This document shows, piece after piece, positions 1 through 9,602 of a DNA stretch of 58,425 nt (positions within the stretch are counted from its first letter, which is position 1; each line of letters opens with the position of its first letter). The notes under the pieces are model-generated. The model saw only the letters and a program-made list of their open reading frames with translations. It had not been told where the DNA came from and searched no databases. Source of the stretch: Deltaproteobacteria bacterium TL4 (GTDB taxonomy: Bacteria > SAR324 > NAC60-12); the NCBI GenBank assembly GCA_051382335.1, contig JBBCAX010000038.1, positions 1-58,425 of the forward strand. The letters run 5' to 3'. The translations under genes were made by a program, and so were the position numbers.

Positions 1-202
1 AGATATAGGTTTATAAGTTGTTCTTGCCAGTCCATTTTGCTCCTTTTAAGTTGGTTAGTGTGAGATCAACCATCTTAAAGCATTATGGATTGGTTTTTAA
101 GCTAAAAATTTAACTCCGGATTCGCATATACAAGAAGTTTGTTTAATTCTCTTCCTATTTTTTAAAATTAACCAAAATGTTCAAAGTCCAGTAAAATTAC
201 AA

Positions 203-1345
203 ATGAAATATCATAAAAAATGTATCGCCTTCAGTCTTTGCCTTTCCTTGCTATGGACTTCGGCTTACAGCAAAACGCCAGGAATTCCACTGAATACAGA
301 GGTTGAACAACTTCAAAGTGCTCTTCCTCATACCCCATTCTATGTAATGAATAACTATGAAGAGTTTGAACATTTAAAGCTGCAATCCCAAGGGCAGATC
401 CTGTATGCTTGGGATGTTGCTGAAAATGAAACTTCTTTACCCTCTTCGACCGATGATCTCACAACAACGCCTGTAAAAAAGGAACGCAGTCCAGTTCAGA
501 TAGATCCAGAACAATGCCAAGAGCCCTTAGAAAAGGAACAACTTTCAAAATGTCCACCGCAGGAAAAGCCGGAGTCGCCTCAGTCATCATTTCAGGAACA
601 GCAGCAAGAGAACGTTCAAATTCAAGAAACAGCAAACGTTGCACAGCTATTATTGAAGGCAAGTTATCAGAATAGTCATCTCGACCTTGATGATACCGCT
701 GTGATTATTTTTGTAGTCGTTGGGTTCTTTGTGGTTGGCGCCATGGTGCTGAGTGGAGGAAAAGTCTTATATGATGCTATGGTCAATCGGGAAGGACTTC
801 CCAGATGGTGGGACGCAGGAATGCGGTATTCCTTTTTTTATGAGGATCCTCAAAATATGCTTGCTGGGGATCACGAAGTTACTGAAGAAGAAGTCCAAAC
901 CATTGGAGAGGCCGTTCATCTTGTTGGAACACGTATGTCCTTTGGGGTCATTAAAGCGGGGGTCGGATTTGGGTTTGCGGGTGAGGTGGGATATTCTAAT
1001 CTAAGCCTCTATGTAAACAATCAGCCGCAAGAAATGTTTCAAACTTCAAGCGCTTATTTTGTAGTAGGTCCGAATCTTCGTATGCTCTATCAAGACCGGG
1101 TAACTTATGCTTTTTTGGAACTTCTTGCGGGGACAACAACCGACAAGGAAGTCGGTCTGATCAGCATTGCCCGAATTGGAGGAACCAAAGGCTTCGGATC
1201 GTCCTGTCGAAGATGTTTCTGGGGCATTCAACTGGGAGGTTTATTCCTGGAATTAAAAGAATCTGAAGGGTTAGTCCGAAGAAAAGGACAGTTTGCTGAT
1301 AATTTTGATGTCATTCTAGGAATGGAGTTTGGGTATCAGTGGTGA
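203..1345 (+). CDS. hypothetical exported protein with a possible C-terminal outer-membrane beta-barrel
   Basis: 380-aa ORF with an N-terminal signal peptide, a Q/E/P-rich linker, one hydrophobic segment, and alternating beta-strand patterns ending in an aromatic residue (MEFGYQW). Confidence 0.6.
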   Translation: MKYHKKCIAFSLCLSLLWTSAYSKTPGIPLNTEVEQLQSALPHTPFYVMNNYEEFEHLKLQSQGQILYAWDVAENETSLPSSTDDLTTTPVKKERSPVQIDPEQCQEPLEKEQLSKCPPQEKPESPQSSFQEQQQENVQIQETANVAQLLLKASYQNSHLDLDDTAVIIFVVVGFFVVGAMVLSGGKVLYDAMVNREGLPRWWDAGMRYSFFYEDPQNMLAGDHEVTEEEVQTIGEAVHLVGTRMSFGVIKAGVGFGFAGEVGYSNLSLYVNNQPQEMFQTSSAYFVVGPNLRMLYQDRVTYAFLELLAGTTTDKEVGLISIARIGGTKGFGSSCRRCFWGIQLGGLFLELKESEGLVRRKGQFADNFDVILGMEFGYQW

Positions 1346-1376
1346 ACTGATTCATTATTTGGAAAATTCGTTTTTA

Positions 1377-2918
1377 TCAGGAGGTACTGGACGTTTCAGT
1401 ACTCAAGGTTGTTGTTTTTCTGAAACTCTTTCGGTTAGTGTGCCAATAGGATTGATTGTGTTGAGCGACCTGTTCTAAGGAATCAATGGTAGCAAACAAG
1501 GTTTGATACTCCGGAGTTTTGGGCGTGATGAGGCCTTTATCTTTCTGTTGCGTCAATAAGTTCAGATATTTATTAAACTCTTTCTCTCTTTTGAAATAAA
1601 GATTGATCATCGCAAGCTGACGCATAACCTGAATTTTGACAACTCCTTGAAAATGGTGAAGGAGAGGCGTCAACCGTTGAAGGACTTCAAAGAGATTATT
1701 TTCTGCTTTGATTTTTTGACCATTGGTCATCAACAATTCAGCTTGAGTCATTAAAAGGCTAAGGGCTTGTTCCTGATGAAAAAAAGCGGTTTTGACTTGG
1801 CGTGCCAAGAGGTCATGGGTGTGAATGGCAAAACGATAGGTAGCGATGGCTTGTTCCAGGGTACGGTTTTCGGATAATAACGATGAAACATCACCTTCAA
1901 GCCACTTTTGACGGTTTAGTAAATGATCCTTCCATCGAATGGAAAACATTTTGATATCAAAACTTGCCGGAGATACAGGTTCTCCCTGAACTTGAAAAAA
2001 ATCCAGAATATCTGTAGCAAATAAGCAATTGGGACAAACCGCAATACGTACCATATTATAATCACAGTAGTTCGTTCCGTCTACTGCTTTGAGATAGACT
2101 GGCGTCCCAAAAATATTGGTATCTGTTTTTATACAGTCAGGACGTAACATCCAAAACGGGATTTCCCCTCGATCACATATTCGACAATGAACATAGAACC
2201 CTGATAACGAGGTATTTTCGGATTTTAGCTCCTTTTTTTCTCCCACAACAAAAACTTCAGGGTGCATTAATTGATGAATCCCATGGTGGGCCTTGATTTC
2301 TTCATTGTAGCAAACCTTCACTGAAAAAGAGTTTGGCTGTTTTTTTTTCATCCAATTGACCGTACAGGCAATGGGCTCATAAAGTTTATTTTTTTGATAA
2401 AATTGGAGTTCAACCGGTGTATAAATATTGACAGGTTTTTGACAATCAAAGGTACAGCTATTTTCCGATAGTTCAAGACACCGAACATCATCTTTGTTGC
2501 CTTTAACCGTAAATTGAGCTCTAATGATGCCATCCTCCAGCTTTTTCCGAGCCATTTCCAACAATTTATCAGGAATACTGTGAGGTACGCCAAGTAGCTC
2601 TGCTACATGTTTCAGAAAGGCCTCTTCACTTGGGGCAAGTTCTTCATCTACAATGGCCAAATAGGTCAAATGTTTCAAAATGTTAATGGTTAGATTTCGC
2701 TCAATTTTGAGAGGCGGGAGAGGCGGGATCTTCCCTTCCTTCGCTATTTGCAAAATCGAATTGATGTCCTCTTTGTTATCCAAAAACTTGATCGCCATTC
2801 TCAAAAAATCGAGCTCTGACGGATCAATTTTTCCATCAGCCCCTACCATTCCAGCGATACTGAGAGCAATCCACTTCCTTTCTTTGTAGGATAACGATTC
2901 TGTCAGTAAATCTTCCAT
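1377..2918 (-). CDS. TerB-like / PilZ-like / DUF2225 multidomain protein
   Basis: N-terminal TerB-type motifs (ADGKIDPSELDFL, VDEELAPSEEAFL), a central PilZ-like barrel, then CxxC...VCPNCLFA and a helical tail typical of DUF2225. Confidence 0.65.
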   Translation of the reverse strand: MEDLLTESLSYKERKWIALSIAGMVGADGKIDPSELDFLRMAIKFLDNKEDINSILQIAKEGKIPPLPPLKIERNLTINILKHLTYLAIVDEELAPSEEAFLKHVAELLGVPHSIPDKLLEMARKKLEDGIIRAQFTVKGNKDDVRCLELSENSCTFDCQKPVNIYTPVELQFYQKNKLYEPIACTVNWMKKKQPNSFSVKVCYNEEIKAHHGIHQLMHPEVFVVGEKKELKSENTSLSGFYVHCRICDRGEIPFWMLRPDCIKTDTNIFGTPVYLKAVDGTNYCDYNMVRIAVCPNCLFATDILDFFQVQGEPVSPASFDIKMFSIRWKDHLLNRQKWLEGDVSSLLSENRTLEQAIATYRFAIHTHDLLARQVKTAFFHQEQALSLLMTQAELLMTNGQKIKAENNLFEVLQRLTPLLHHFQGVVKIQVMRQLAMINLYFKREKEFNKYLNLLTQQKDKGLITPKTPEYQTLFATIDSLEQVAQHNQSYWHTNRKSFRKTTTLSTETSSTS

Positions 2919-3199
2919 GAACTCCTCTCTAACATTTCAAAAAGGCTTGCCTTGGCTAAGTCCTGTTTTTTATGAAGAATAATACTCATGGTACTTATCT
3001 CCTGCACCTCCAAATGTAAAGCGTTTGAATCATGAGGAATAGGATCTCCAGGAAAGTACCCGCAATAAAGAACTCTTTTTCCAAAAGATAAATTAGAATC
3101 GGATTTAAAGAATTATCTCGTCTTTTTTATCTAATGCCCTTAGTTGTTATGGACGTGAATTTGATTTTATTGAAAACTGTTTGGTTTAAAAGGATAGAT

Positions 3200-3871
3200 A
3201 TGTCAGGTAATCTCGATTTAACACTATTGTCGTCGGAGCAGAAGTCCGAGCGGCTGATTAGTGAATTCAAGGCTCTTGCCATGAATGAGGCATTAGTCAT
3301 TCAAAGTAATAATTCGCTGAAGTCCGCATTACGAGAGCTTCAAACTCAGTTTTGGAAACAGTTTGAGTGGGTTCCTTTAGTCACGGGACCTGAAATTTGG
3401 AAGGGAACGTTGATGAAAACCAAGGATTCTAAGGCCTTTGGTAGTTTTTCTGATTTCATGAGTCGGGATCATGCCCGTTGCGACCAATTTTATGCGGATG
3501 GAGAAGCTGCCGTCCTGGATAATAAGCTTGAAGACGCCTCAGAATTACTTCATGCTTTTGCCTTAAATTTAAGAAGGCATTTTGCCATGGAAGAACGAAT
3601 TGCCTTTCCCGCTTTTGAAAAACAAACAGGCATGATGGGCGGCCCGACACAGGTGATGAGAATGGAACATGAACAAATGCTCAACACTCTTCCTGAAATT
3701 GATGAGGCACTGGACGATCAAGATTATGACACCGTTCTAGGAATAGGAGAAACGCTGTTGATTTTGATGCAGCAACATAACATGAAAGAAGAAAATATTC
3801 TTTACCCCATGATCGACCAGCATTTATCAAATGCCGAAGAATTCATTAAATTAATGCAATTAATGGAATAA
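3200..3871 (+). CDS. DUF2249-like + hemerythrin (HHE) domain protein
   Basis: Hemerythrin motifs DH..CD, HFAMEE, EHEQM, HNMKEENILYP. ATG at 3200 follows AAGGA and is preferred over the track start at 3134. Confidence 0.8.
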   Translation: MSGNLDLTLLSSEQKSERLISEFKALAMNEALVIQSNNSLKSALRELQTQFWKQFEWVPLVTGPEIWKGTLMKTKDSKAFGSFSDFMSRDHARCDQFYADGEAAVLDNKLEDASELLHAFALNLRRHFAMEERIAFPAFEKQTGMMGGPTQVMRMEHEQMLNTLPEIDEALDDQDYDTVLGIGETLLILMQQHNMKEENILYPMIDQHLSNAEEFIKLMQLME

Positions 3872-4125
3872 TGATCGAAGACCTTTTAAAGCAAACCAAG
3901 CGTGAGCTAATTACTATTGATTGTCGGGAAATGCTTCCTCCTGAACCTCTGGTTCGCGTTTTAGAAGCGGTGGAATCCCTGAAAAAGACACAAGCCGTTT
4001 TAATGCTCCACCGTCAATACCCCTGCCTTTTACCGCCCAAACTTGATGAGCGGAAGCTGCATTATGAACTTCAAGAATTTCCTGAGGGTTCCATCAAACT
4101 GCTCATTTGGGAAGGCTCGTTATGA
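3871..4125 (+). CDS. DUF2249 / TusA-like small protein
   Basis: IDCREMLPPEPLVRVLEA...HRQYPCLLPPKL motif. Translationally coupled (TAATG) to the upstream gene. Confidence 0.75.
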   Translation: MIEDLLKQTKRELITIDCREMLPPEPLVRVLEAVESLKKTQAVLMLHRQYPCLLPPKLDERKLHYELQEFPEGSIKLLIWEGSL

Positions 4126-5393
4126 AAATGCAAGGATTGAGTCTGGAGCAAGCTCCTCCCGAAGATATTCCTTTTCGGTTCTTCATGACTGCTCCTATTT
4201 TTGGGATGCTTGCCGGAGTCCTGGTGCTCACCAAGGGGAGTCTGCTTTTTCTGACTTTGTTTCATCCAGAAAGCATTGCCTTGACTCATTTAATAACGCT
4301 GGGTTGGTTGGCAATGATTATGATGGGGGCTTTTTATCAAATGGTTCCGGTTCTGGTTGGAGGACAAGTTCCTTTTATTCGCGGGGCTCGAGTGGTTCAC
4401 GCTTTATTGGTAATAGGCATCTTGAGTTTGGTCTCCAGTTTTTTATATCCATCAACCCCCTTTTATTTTAATGCCTTCCTGTTTTTACTCAGTTCCTGTT
4501 CGATATTCGTCATTCAAATCTCTATTGCGCTTTTTAGCGTCAAGGCCGATCGACCGGTTGTCCTTGCCATGAGAATGTCCATTCTTTCCTTAGCCCTGGC
4601 CGTTGGTTTCGGAATCACAATACTAGGGCTTTGGGCCCAGTGGTGGGAAATTCCGGTGAGTCGGATAACCCTACGAAACGTGCATTTACTTTTGGGATTT
4701 TGGGGATGGATTGGTGGTTTGATTATGGGGGTGGGTTTTCATGTAATTCCCATGTTCTACCTGGCCTCAGGTTTTCCCCTTCGGACAGCCACATGGATAC
4801 TTCGCGGGATTTTATTCAGCTTGCTCGCTATCCCGGGTTGCCTCTTTGGTGAAGTGAGTGAATATTGGGTTTGGATGGCCTGTGCTCCAGGCTCCATAGG
4901 AGCTCTTGTTTTTGTAATTCATATTCAATTGATGCTGATGAAACGGAAGAGGAAAATCGTTGATACCAGCTTACGTTTTTGGCAAACAGGTCTGGTAATG
5001 CTTGTTCTGGCTTTGGGCGTCATGATTGCTAATTTCTGGTCCAATCTTGACACACTTCCTTTTCTTGTGGGTTTCTCTTTTATAGTCGGCTTTGCGGTTT
5101 CCATTACTCAGGGAATGCTTTACAAAATCGTCCCTTTTTTAATCTGGTTTCACCGCTACAGTTCCTTGGTTGGAAAAGTTCGAGTTCCCTTTCTTAAAGA
5201 TATTGTTTCTGATTCAATGGCACGGAAACAATGGTATTTTTACTTGGGCTTGCTCGCTACACTCACACTGGGAATCCTGGTTCACAATGATCTCCTTATC
5301 CGCTTGGGAGGACTCTTTTTGTTCCTCTCTTCAGGGTTTTTGTTTATCAATCTCTTCAAAGCAATTCGCATGAAACCTCAACTGGATACCTGA
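4122..5393 (+). CDS. polytopic membrane protein with conserved His (heme-copper oxidase subunit I-like / NnrS-like family)
   Basis: About 12 hydrophobic segments. Motifs THLITLGW, HLLLGFWGW, GMLYKIVPFLIW. ATGA overlap with the upstream stop at 4122-4125. Confidence 0.7.
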   Translation: MKMQGLSLEQAPPEDIPFRFFMTAPIFGMLAGVLVLTKGSLLFLTLFHPESIALTHLITLGWLAMIMMGAFYQMVPVLVGGQVPFIRGARVVHALLVIGILSLVSSFLYPSTPFYFNAFLFLLSSCSIFVIQISIALFSVKADRPVVLAMRMSILSLALAVGFGITILGLWAQWWEIPVSRITLRNVHLLLGFWGWIGGLIMGVGFHVIPMFYLASGFPLRTATWILRGILFSLLAIPGCLFGEVSEYWVWMACAPGSIGALVFVIHIQLMLMKRKRKIVDTSLRFWQTGLVMLVLALGVMIANFWSNLDTLPFLVGFSFIVGFAVSITQGMLYKIVPFLIWFHRYSSLVGKVRVPFLKDIVSDSMARKQWYFYLGLLATLTLGILVHNDLLIRLGGLFLFLSSGFLFINLFKAIRMKPQLDT

Positions 5394-5736
5394 GGAAAGG
5401 TGCCAAAATTTCCACTGAATTCTACCTGTAGACGTCCAAATGAAACGGATTGCCTCTCTTCTTTTCAACATAAACCCAAGCAACCCCAGATCAACGAAGC
5501 TCAATGCCAGCACTGAAGACTTAGGTCAGAAAAAAGTGCTGGGAATCGAAAAATGATATTTTTTGAATATTTTTGAAGGGTATAAAATGAATATTTTGAA
5601 ATGACGCAACGTTATTTCAGAAAGAGCAATAAAACTCTTGCAAGATACAAGACTGGGTGTTAGGAAGTCTACTATTATGTCAAGAAGCGAAAGCAAAAGA
5701 AATTGTTTTTAAAAACCATTTATAAAGAGCAGTCCT

Positions 5737-7035
5737 ATGACAACTCAAAACTTATGGCTAAAACTAGCAATCGTTTTAGGATTAGCGGTACTCGCGGCGT
5801 CTTGTGAAACTCCGCTTTCTCAATTTGAGGTTCAACGTCCCGCGCGTCTTACTATTCCTAAAACAGTAACGCGGATTTACATCAAAACTTCGGATATCAA
5901 AGGAGTTAATGACCAACTTGGCATTAAAACTCAAGTTTTAGAGCGTCTAAAAAACGAATTGAACCGTTTTGGACGGTTTCAAGTGAGTGTTGTCAACGAA
6001 ATTCCAGAGGGAGAGCTTGACAGAGAAAAGGAAAGCTTTGCCGTCATTCAAGGCGAAGTCATCAGCGGCGGAGAAGTCGACCGTGGGCAATTGACGGAAA
6101 CCGCAACGTGTAAAGGTGGAATAGCCGGAAGATTAGGCGCCGTCGTTGCTGGAGCGGCGACAGAGGCGCCCATTACCTTGGATAGTCACGCTTTTGTTTG
6201 CAAGACTGGAGATCTCAAAACCGCTATTGTTGAGGGGGTTGCGAGCAAAGGATTTGCTATGGCGCTGGCTGCGGCAACAGGAGAAAAAGCACCTGCTGAA
6301 ACGCCTATGGATGATGTGATTCGGGTTTATCATTATAAAAATGTTTCTCTCTTTGCGCAAACTAACTTCAGTTTTACAATCATTGGGTTACAACGTGAAA
6401 CCATGGCGATTCGTGCGGATGCCGCCAGTTTTGGTCGCCATGTGATTGATAAAGACAGTTATCGCAATGTTGCTGAAGGGCGTCCCAATCCCCTCATTCA
6501 GGGAATTATGGATGCATTCAGACTTCCTGTTATTCCCATTACTGTCCGGAATGCTGGTGTTATAACGGAAACCGTTCCAGCATCGGACTTTTACAGTGCA
6601 AAGCCGTTACCGAAGCCGACGGTTGATGATATTCTGCCTCGGGAAAAAGAAGCCGTCATTCAACAATTGGTGGATTCCACTCTCATTGATTTCATTCGTA
6701 CCATCTCTCCTTATAAGGCGATGATTTCAACGGAAATCGCATCGGGAGGAAAAGCGGATGTCAGTCAATTATTGAAATCATCCCGATGGCAAGATGCGCG
6801 GGCAAAAATTGAAAAAATTGGACAGGACCAGAGAAGTGCCGCTGACTGGTATAATCTTGGACTCACGTATGAGGGGGGGGCGGAGAGTACAGCAGATTAT
6901 GAGGACGCAAGGCAATTTTATGTGAATGCGTTAGAGAAAGATTCTGGTAACAAACTTTTTGCGATGGGAGTCGGACGGGTGGAACGCCGTTTGGCGGAAT
7001 CAAAGCTGCTCAAAGTTCAGACTGATTCTAAGTAG
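5737..7035 (+). CDS. lipoprotein with C-terminal TPR (paralog 1 of 3)
   Basis: Lipobox LAASC, EVQRPA motif after the Cys, TPR motif WYNLGLTYE. Confidence 0.75.
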   Translation: MTTQNLWLKLAIVLGLAVLAASCETPLSQFEVQRPARLTIPKTVTRIYIKTSDIKGVNDQLGIKTQVLERLKNELNRFGRFQVSVVNEIPEGELDREKESFAVIQGEVISGGEVDRGQLTETATCKGGIAGRLGAVVAGAATEAPITLDSHAFVCKTGDLKTAIVEGVASKGFAMALAAATGEKAPAETPMDDVIRVYHYKNVSLFAQTNFSFTIIGLQRETMAIRADAASFGRHVIDKDSYRNVAEGRPNPLIQGIMDAFRLPVIPITVRNAGVITETVPASDFYSAKPLPKPTVDDILPREKEAVIQQLVDSTLIDFIRTISPYKAMISTEIASGGKADVSQLLKSSRWQDARAKIEKIGQDQRSAADWYNLGLTYEGGAESTADYEDARQFYVNALEKDSGNKLFAMGVGRVERRLAESKLLKVQTDSK

Positions 7036-7088
7036 TTGATCCTAAAAATTATTTTTTTTGATGCTAGCTCTTAACTTCAAAGGTATTT

Positions 7089-8255
7089 ATGAATGTTCAT
7101 TATCGATTATTCAATATTTTCTTCCTGATTGTCGCTGCAGGTTTTATTGGGTGTGCGCAAGCAAACCTGACGGTTTTGGCTCCCGCGGAAATTAATACTA
7201 AAGACATAAAAACAGTTGCTGTTGGTAATTTTGAAATTGGAGGAATTCAAGGAAAATTCATTTCTGAGCGAAAAGGGCGCTGGAAGACCTATCAGGTTGA
7301 GTTGTCCGAGGAAGAGAAACGAGCGCTCAGTCGGGCTGTTCGAGCGCGGGTGGTCAATTTGTTGACGACAACACCTTATTTCAAGGTCGTCTTTACCGAC
7401 GAATTTGCGGCCTTGGAAAATGATGCGGCCTTGCAACAGTTAATTTCGGTTCAAGGGTATAAAGATCAAAATGTTGATGCCGTGATCAATGGTAAAATCT
7501 GGATTGAGATTGAGCGTACTGATGGAGCTGAACTCTCTAAAGTGGATTTGAATTATATTGCTCCGGCTCCTTCCCGACAAGGACAAATGGATGTCACCGT
7601 GGAACAAGTCGCTTGGTGGCCTTATAAAAGCGCTCGGGGATCGCTGGCTTTAGAAATCAAAATGACTCGGCTTAATCCAACTGAAGTGATTGCTGTAACT
7701 TTTGACTCCAGGGCTTATTCCAATAAAGTGGGTGGACCTCCGGTGGGTTTGGCGGGTCAAGTGACGCAAGGGCTTTCCTCGGTAAGCAACTTGATGGCCG
7801 ATCGTTCAAAAACGAAAAAGGATGAGCAGAAAAAAGAAATTGAAAGTTCCGATCTTGTGCTTCCCTCTTTTGAACAGTTAGTTGCGGAAACCGCACTTTC
7901 GATTGCCGCAAGTTTTGTGAAAAGGGTGGCCGTGACAGAACAAAGGGTTGCGTATCCTATTGCTGCAGGAGGAGACGCTTCGGCAAAAGTGTTGATTGAA
8001 TCCGGTGCTTATGGTGTTGCGATTGATCGTTTGCAAAAAGCAACTGCAGGCGACAAAAAAGAGCCTGCGGATTTGTATAATCTTGGACTCTGTTTTGAAG
8101 CCATTGGGGAATATGATTTGGCATTGACTCTGTATCGGGAAGCTTTTGATAAAGATAGAGGCAGCTTGACATATGCTTCAGGGATAGGTCGAATTGAGAG
8201 AATTCAACGAGAGTATCCAGCAATTAGACGTCAGTTAAAACAAAAACAGTCTTGA
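7089..8255 (+). CDS. lipoprotein with C-terminal TPR (paralog 2 of 3)
   Basis: Lipobox FIGC, TVLAPAEI...VAVGNF, TPR motif LYNLGLCFE. Confidence 0.75.
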   Translation: MNVHYRLFNIFFLIVAAGFIGCAQANLTVLAPAEINTKDIKTVAVGNFEIGGIQGKFISERKGRWKTYQVELSEEEKRALSRAVRARVVNLLTTTPYFKVVFTDEFAALENDAALQQLISVQGYKDQNVDAVINGKIWIEIERTDGAELSKVDLNYIAPAPSRQGQMDVTVEQVAWWPYKSARGSLALEIKMTRLNPTEVIAVTFDSRAYSNKVGGPPVGLAGQVTQGLSSVSNLMADRSKTKKDEQKKEIESSDLVLPSFEQLVAETALSIAASFVKRVAVTEQRVAYPIAAGGDASAKVLIESGAYGVAIDRLQKATAGDKKEPADLYNLGLCFEAIGEYDLALTLYREAFDKDRGSLTYASGIGRIERIQREYPAIRRQLKQKQS

Positions 8256-8282
8256 CCGATTCTTTTTATAACCTCTTTTTGA

Positions 8283-9500
8283 ATGGTATTCATCGTGAGC
8301 AATCGAAAATTATACAGTTCAAACAATTTGATCTCATTGGTCGTTTTTCTCAGCTTTTTTGTGGCTTCTTGCGGACCAACGATCAGCTTTCAAGTGAAAC
8401 GGCCTTCACAATATTCTGTCGAAAATGTTGAGTTTGTCGCCATAGATCAGTTTACTCCGATTGAAGGAAACATTATTTTTCCTGAGGGCAAGAAAGGGGC
8501 AACCTCTGATTCCAAAAGTCTGTTAAAACCAGCGGTGACCGGGTTTGAATCCAACCTGAGCTCCGCGTCACAGGTTGCGGATATCACCCGTGGGCTGTTG
8601 GTTTCTAAGCTTTCTCGAAACGCGCCCTATCTGCTCATCAATACAACAGGGGGAGATAACGCTTATACCGGAGTTCAGCCTGATCCTTCAAAAACAGCCC
8701 TCCTTCGAGCAAAGGTAAAGTATGTGGATCATCAGTTCAAAAACAGTGAAAATTTAAAATATATTGTCAGTATTAAGAACAATAATGTGCCGTTAGAACA
8801 GAAATTAATGGTCGCCGCGGGAAGTGCGGGAGCAAAAGCGCTTGGAGGCGGATTTGAGCAAGAAACCGCTTATGTGGAACAAATTGCGGCCATGGAAGTT
8901 GAGTTTGAGATTGTTCGTAAAAGTGATGACACCCCCCTGATTCCAAGTCAGACGATACGCGCCTATTATGTGAAAAAATGGGGAGGAGACAACGGAACCT
9001 CTCATCTGCCTGAAGTGATCAAAGAGGTGATTGTTGATGAGTATCAGCAAGATGAAGGCTTCATGTCCAGCTTGCTTTCTGAAAAAGATAAAGCGAGTTT
9101 GGCCATCAACGATCCGAATACGTACTTGGCAAAGGGATATAACCTGAAGCAGGACAGCAGTGTCCCGTTATCTGCCCTTGATCTTAAAATTCGACTGGCC
9201 GAGCAAATCACCTCGAAATATCTAAAAATGATCAGTCCTTATGAGGAAAAAGCGGATTTGAAACTGGAAGGTGGAGATGATGTTGCCATTACTCTCATTA
9301 AGGGAAATGCTTATGAAGGAGCTATTGCAAGACTTGAAGGTTTAAGTAACAGAGGGGCTCCTGACAATTATAACTTGGGGTTGGCTTATGAAGCATCAGG
9401 TCAGTTTTCCATAGCTATTCAGCGCTATGAAGAAGCCCTGCAGCAGTCTCCGGGAAACGAAAGCTATAAAAATGCGATCAAGCGGTTAAAAAGTCGTTAA
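8283..9500 (+). CDS. lipoprotein with C-terminal TPR (paralog 3 of 3)
   Basis: Lipobox VASC, QVKRPS...VAIDQF, TPR motif NYNLGLAYE. Confidence 0.75.
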   Translation: MVFIVSNRKLYSSNNLISLVVFLSFFVASCGPTISFQVKRPSQYSVENVEFVAIDQFTPIEGNIIFPEGKKGATSDSKSLLKPAVTGFESNLSSASQVADITRGLLVSKLSRNAPYLLINTTGGDNAYTGVQPDPSKTALLRAKVKYVDHQFKNSENLKYIVSIKNNNVPLEQKLMVAAGSAGAKALGGGFEQETAYVEQIAAMEVEFEIVRKSDDTPLIPSQTIRAYYVKKWGGDNGTSHLPEVIKEVIVDEYQQDEGFMSSLLSEKDKASLAINDPNTYLAKGYNLKQDSSVPLSALDLKIRLAEQITSKYLKMISPYEEKADLKLEGGDDVAITLIKGNAYEGAIARLEGLSNRGAPDNYNLGLAYEASGQFSIAIQRYEEALQQSPGNESYKNAIKRLKSR

Positions 9501-9513
9501 ACACCATGCCTAT

Positions 9514-9561
9514 AACTCCCATGGTTCACGTGGGAGTTTGGGTATCAGACGCTTTGCGTCC
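9514..9561. repeat. REP-like palindromes between convergent genes (possible bidirectional terminator)
   Basis: Hairpin AACTCCCAtGgttcaCgTGGGAGTT followed by hairpin GACGCtttGCGTC. Confidence 0.55.
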
Positions 9562-9602
9562 TTGTCGCAAAGCAGGTGTTCCACAGCTTTGGCAAACTGG
9601 AA

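Noticed and set aside
3161..3174. FNR-like box TTGAT-N4-TTGAA before the hemerythrin operon
   Set aside because: Only an 8/10 match in AT-rich DNA and too close to the start codon for a typical activating site.
9540..9600. GGACGCAAAGC on the minus strand, resembling part of a c-di-GMP-I riboswitch
   Set aside because: It lies between convergent 3' ends, lacks the P2 GNRA architecture, and is better explained as part of a REP-like palindrome.
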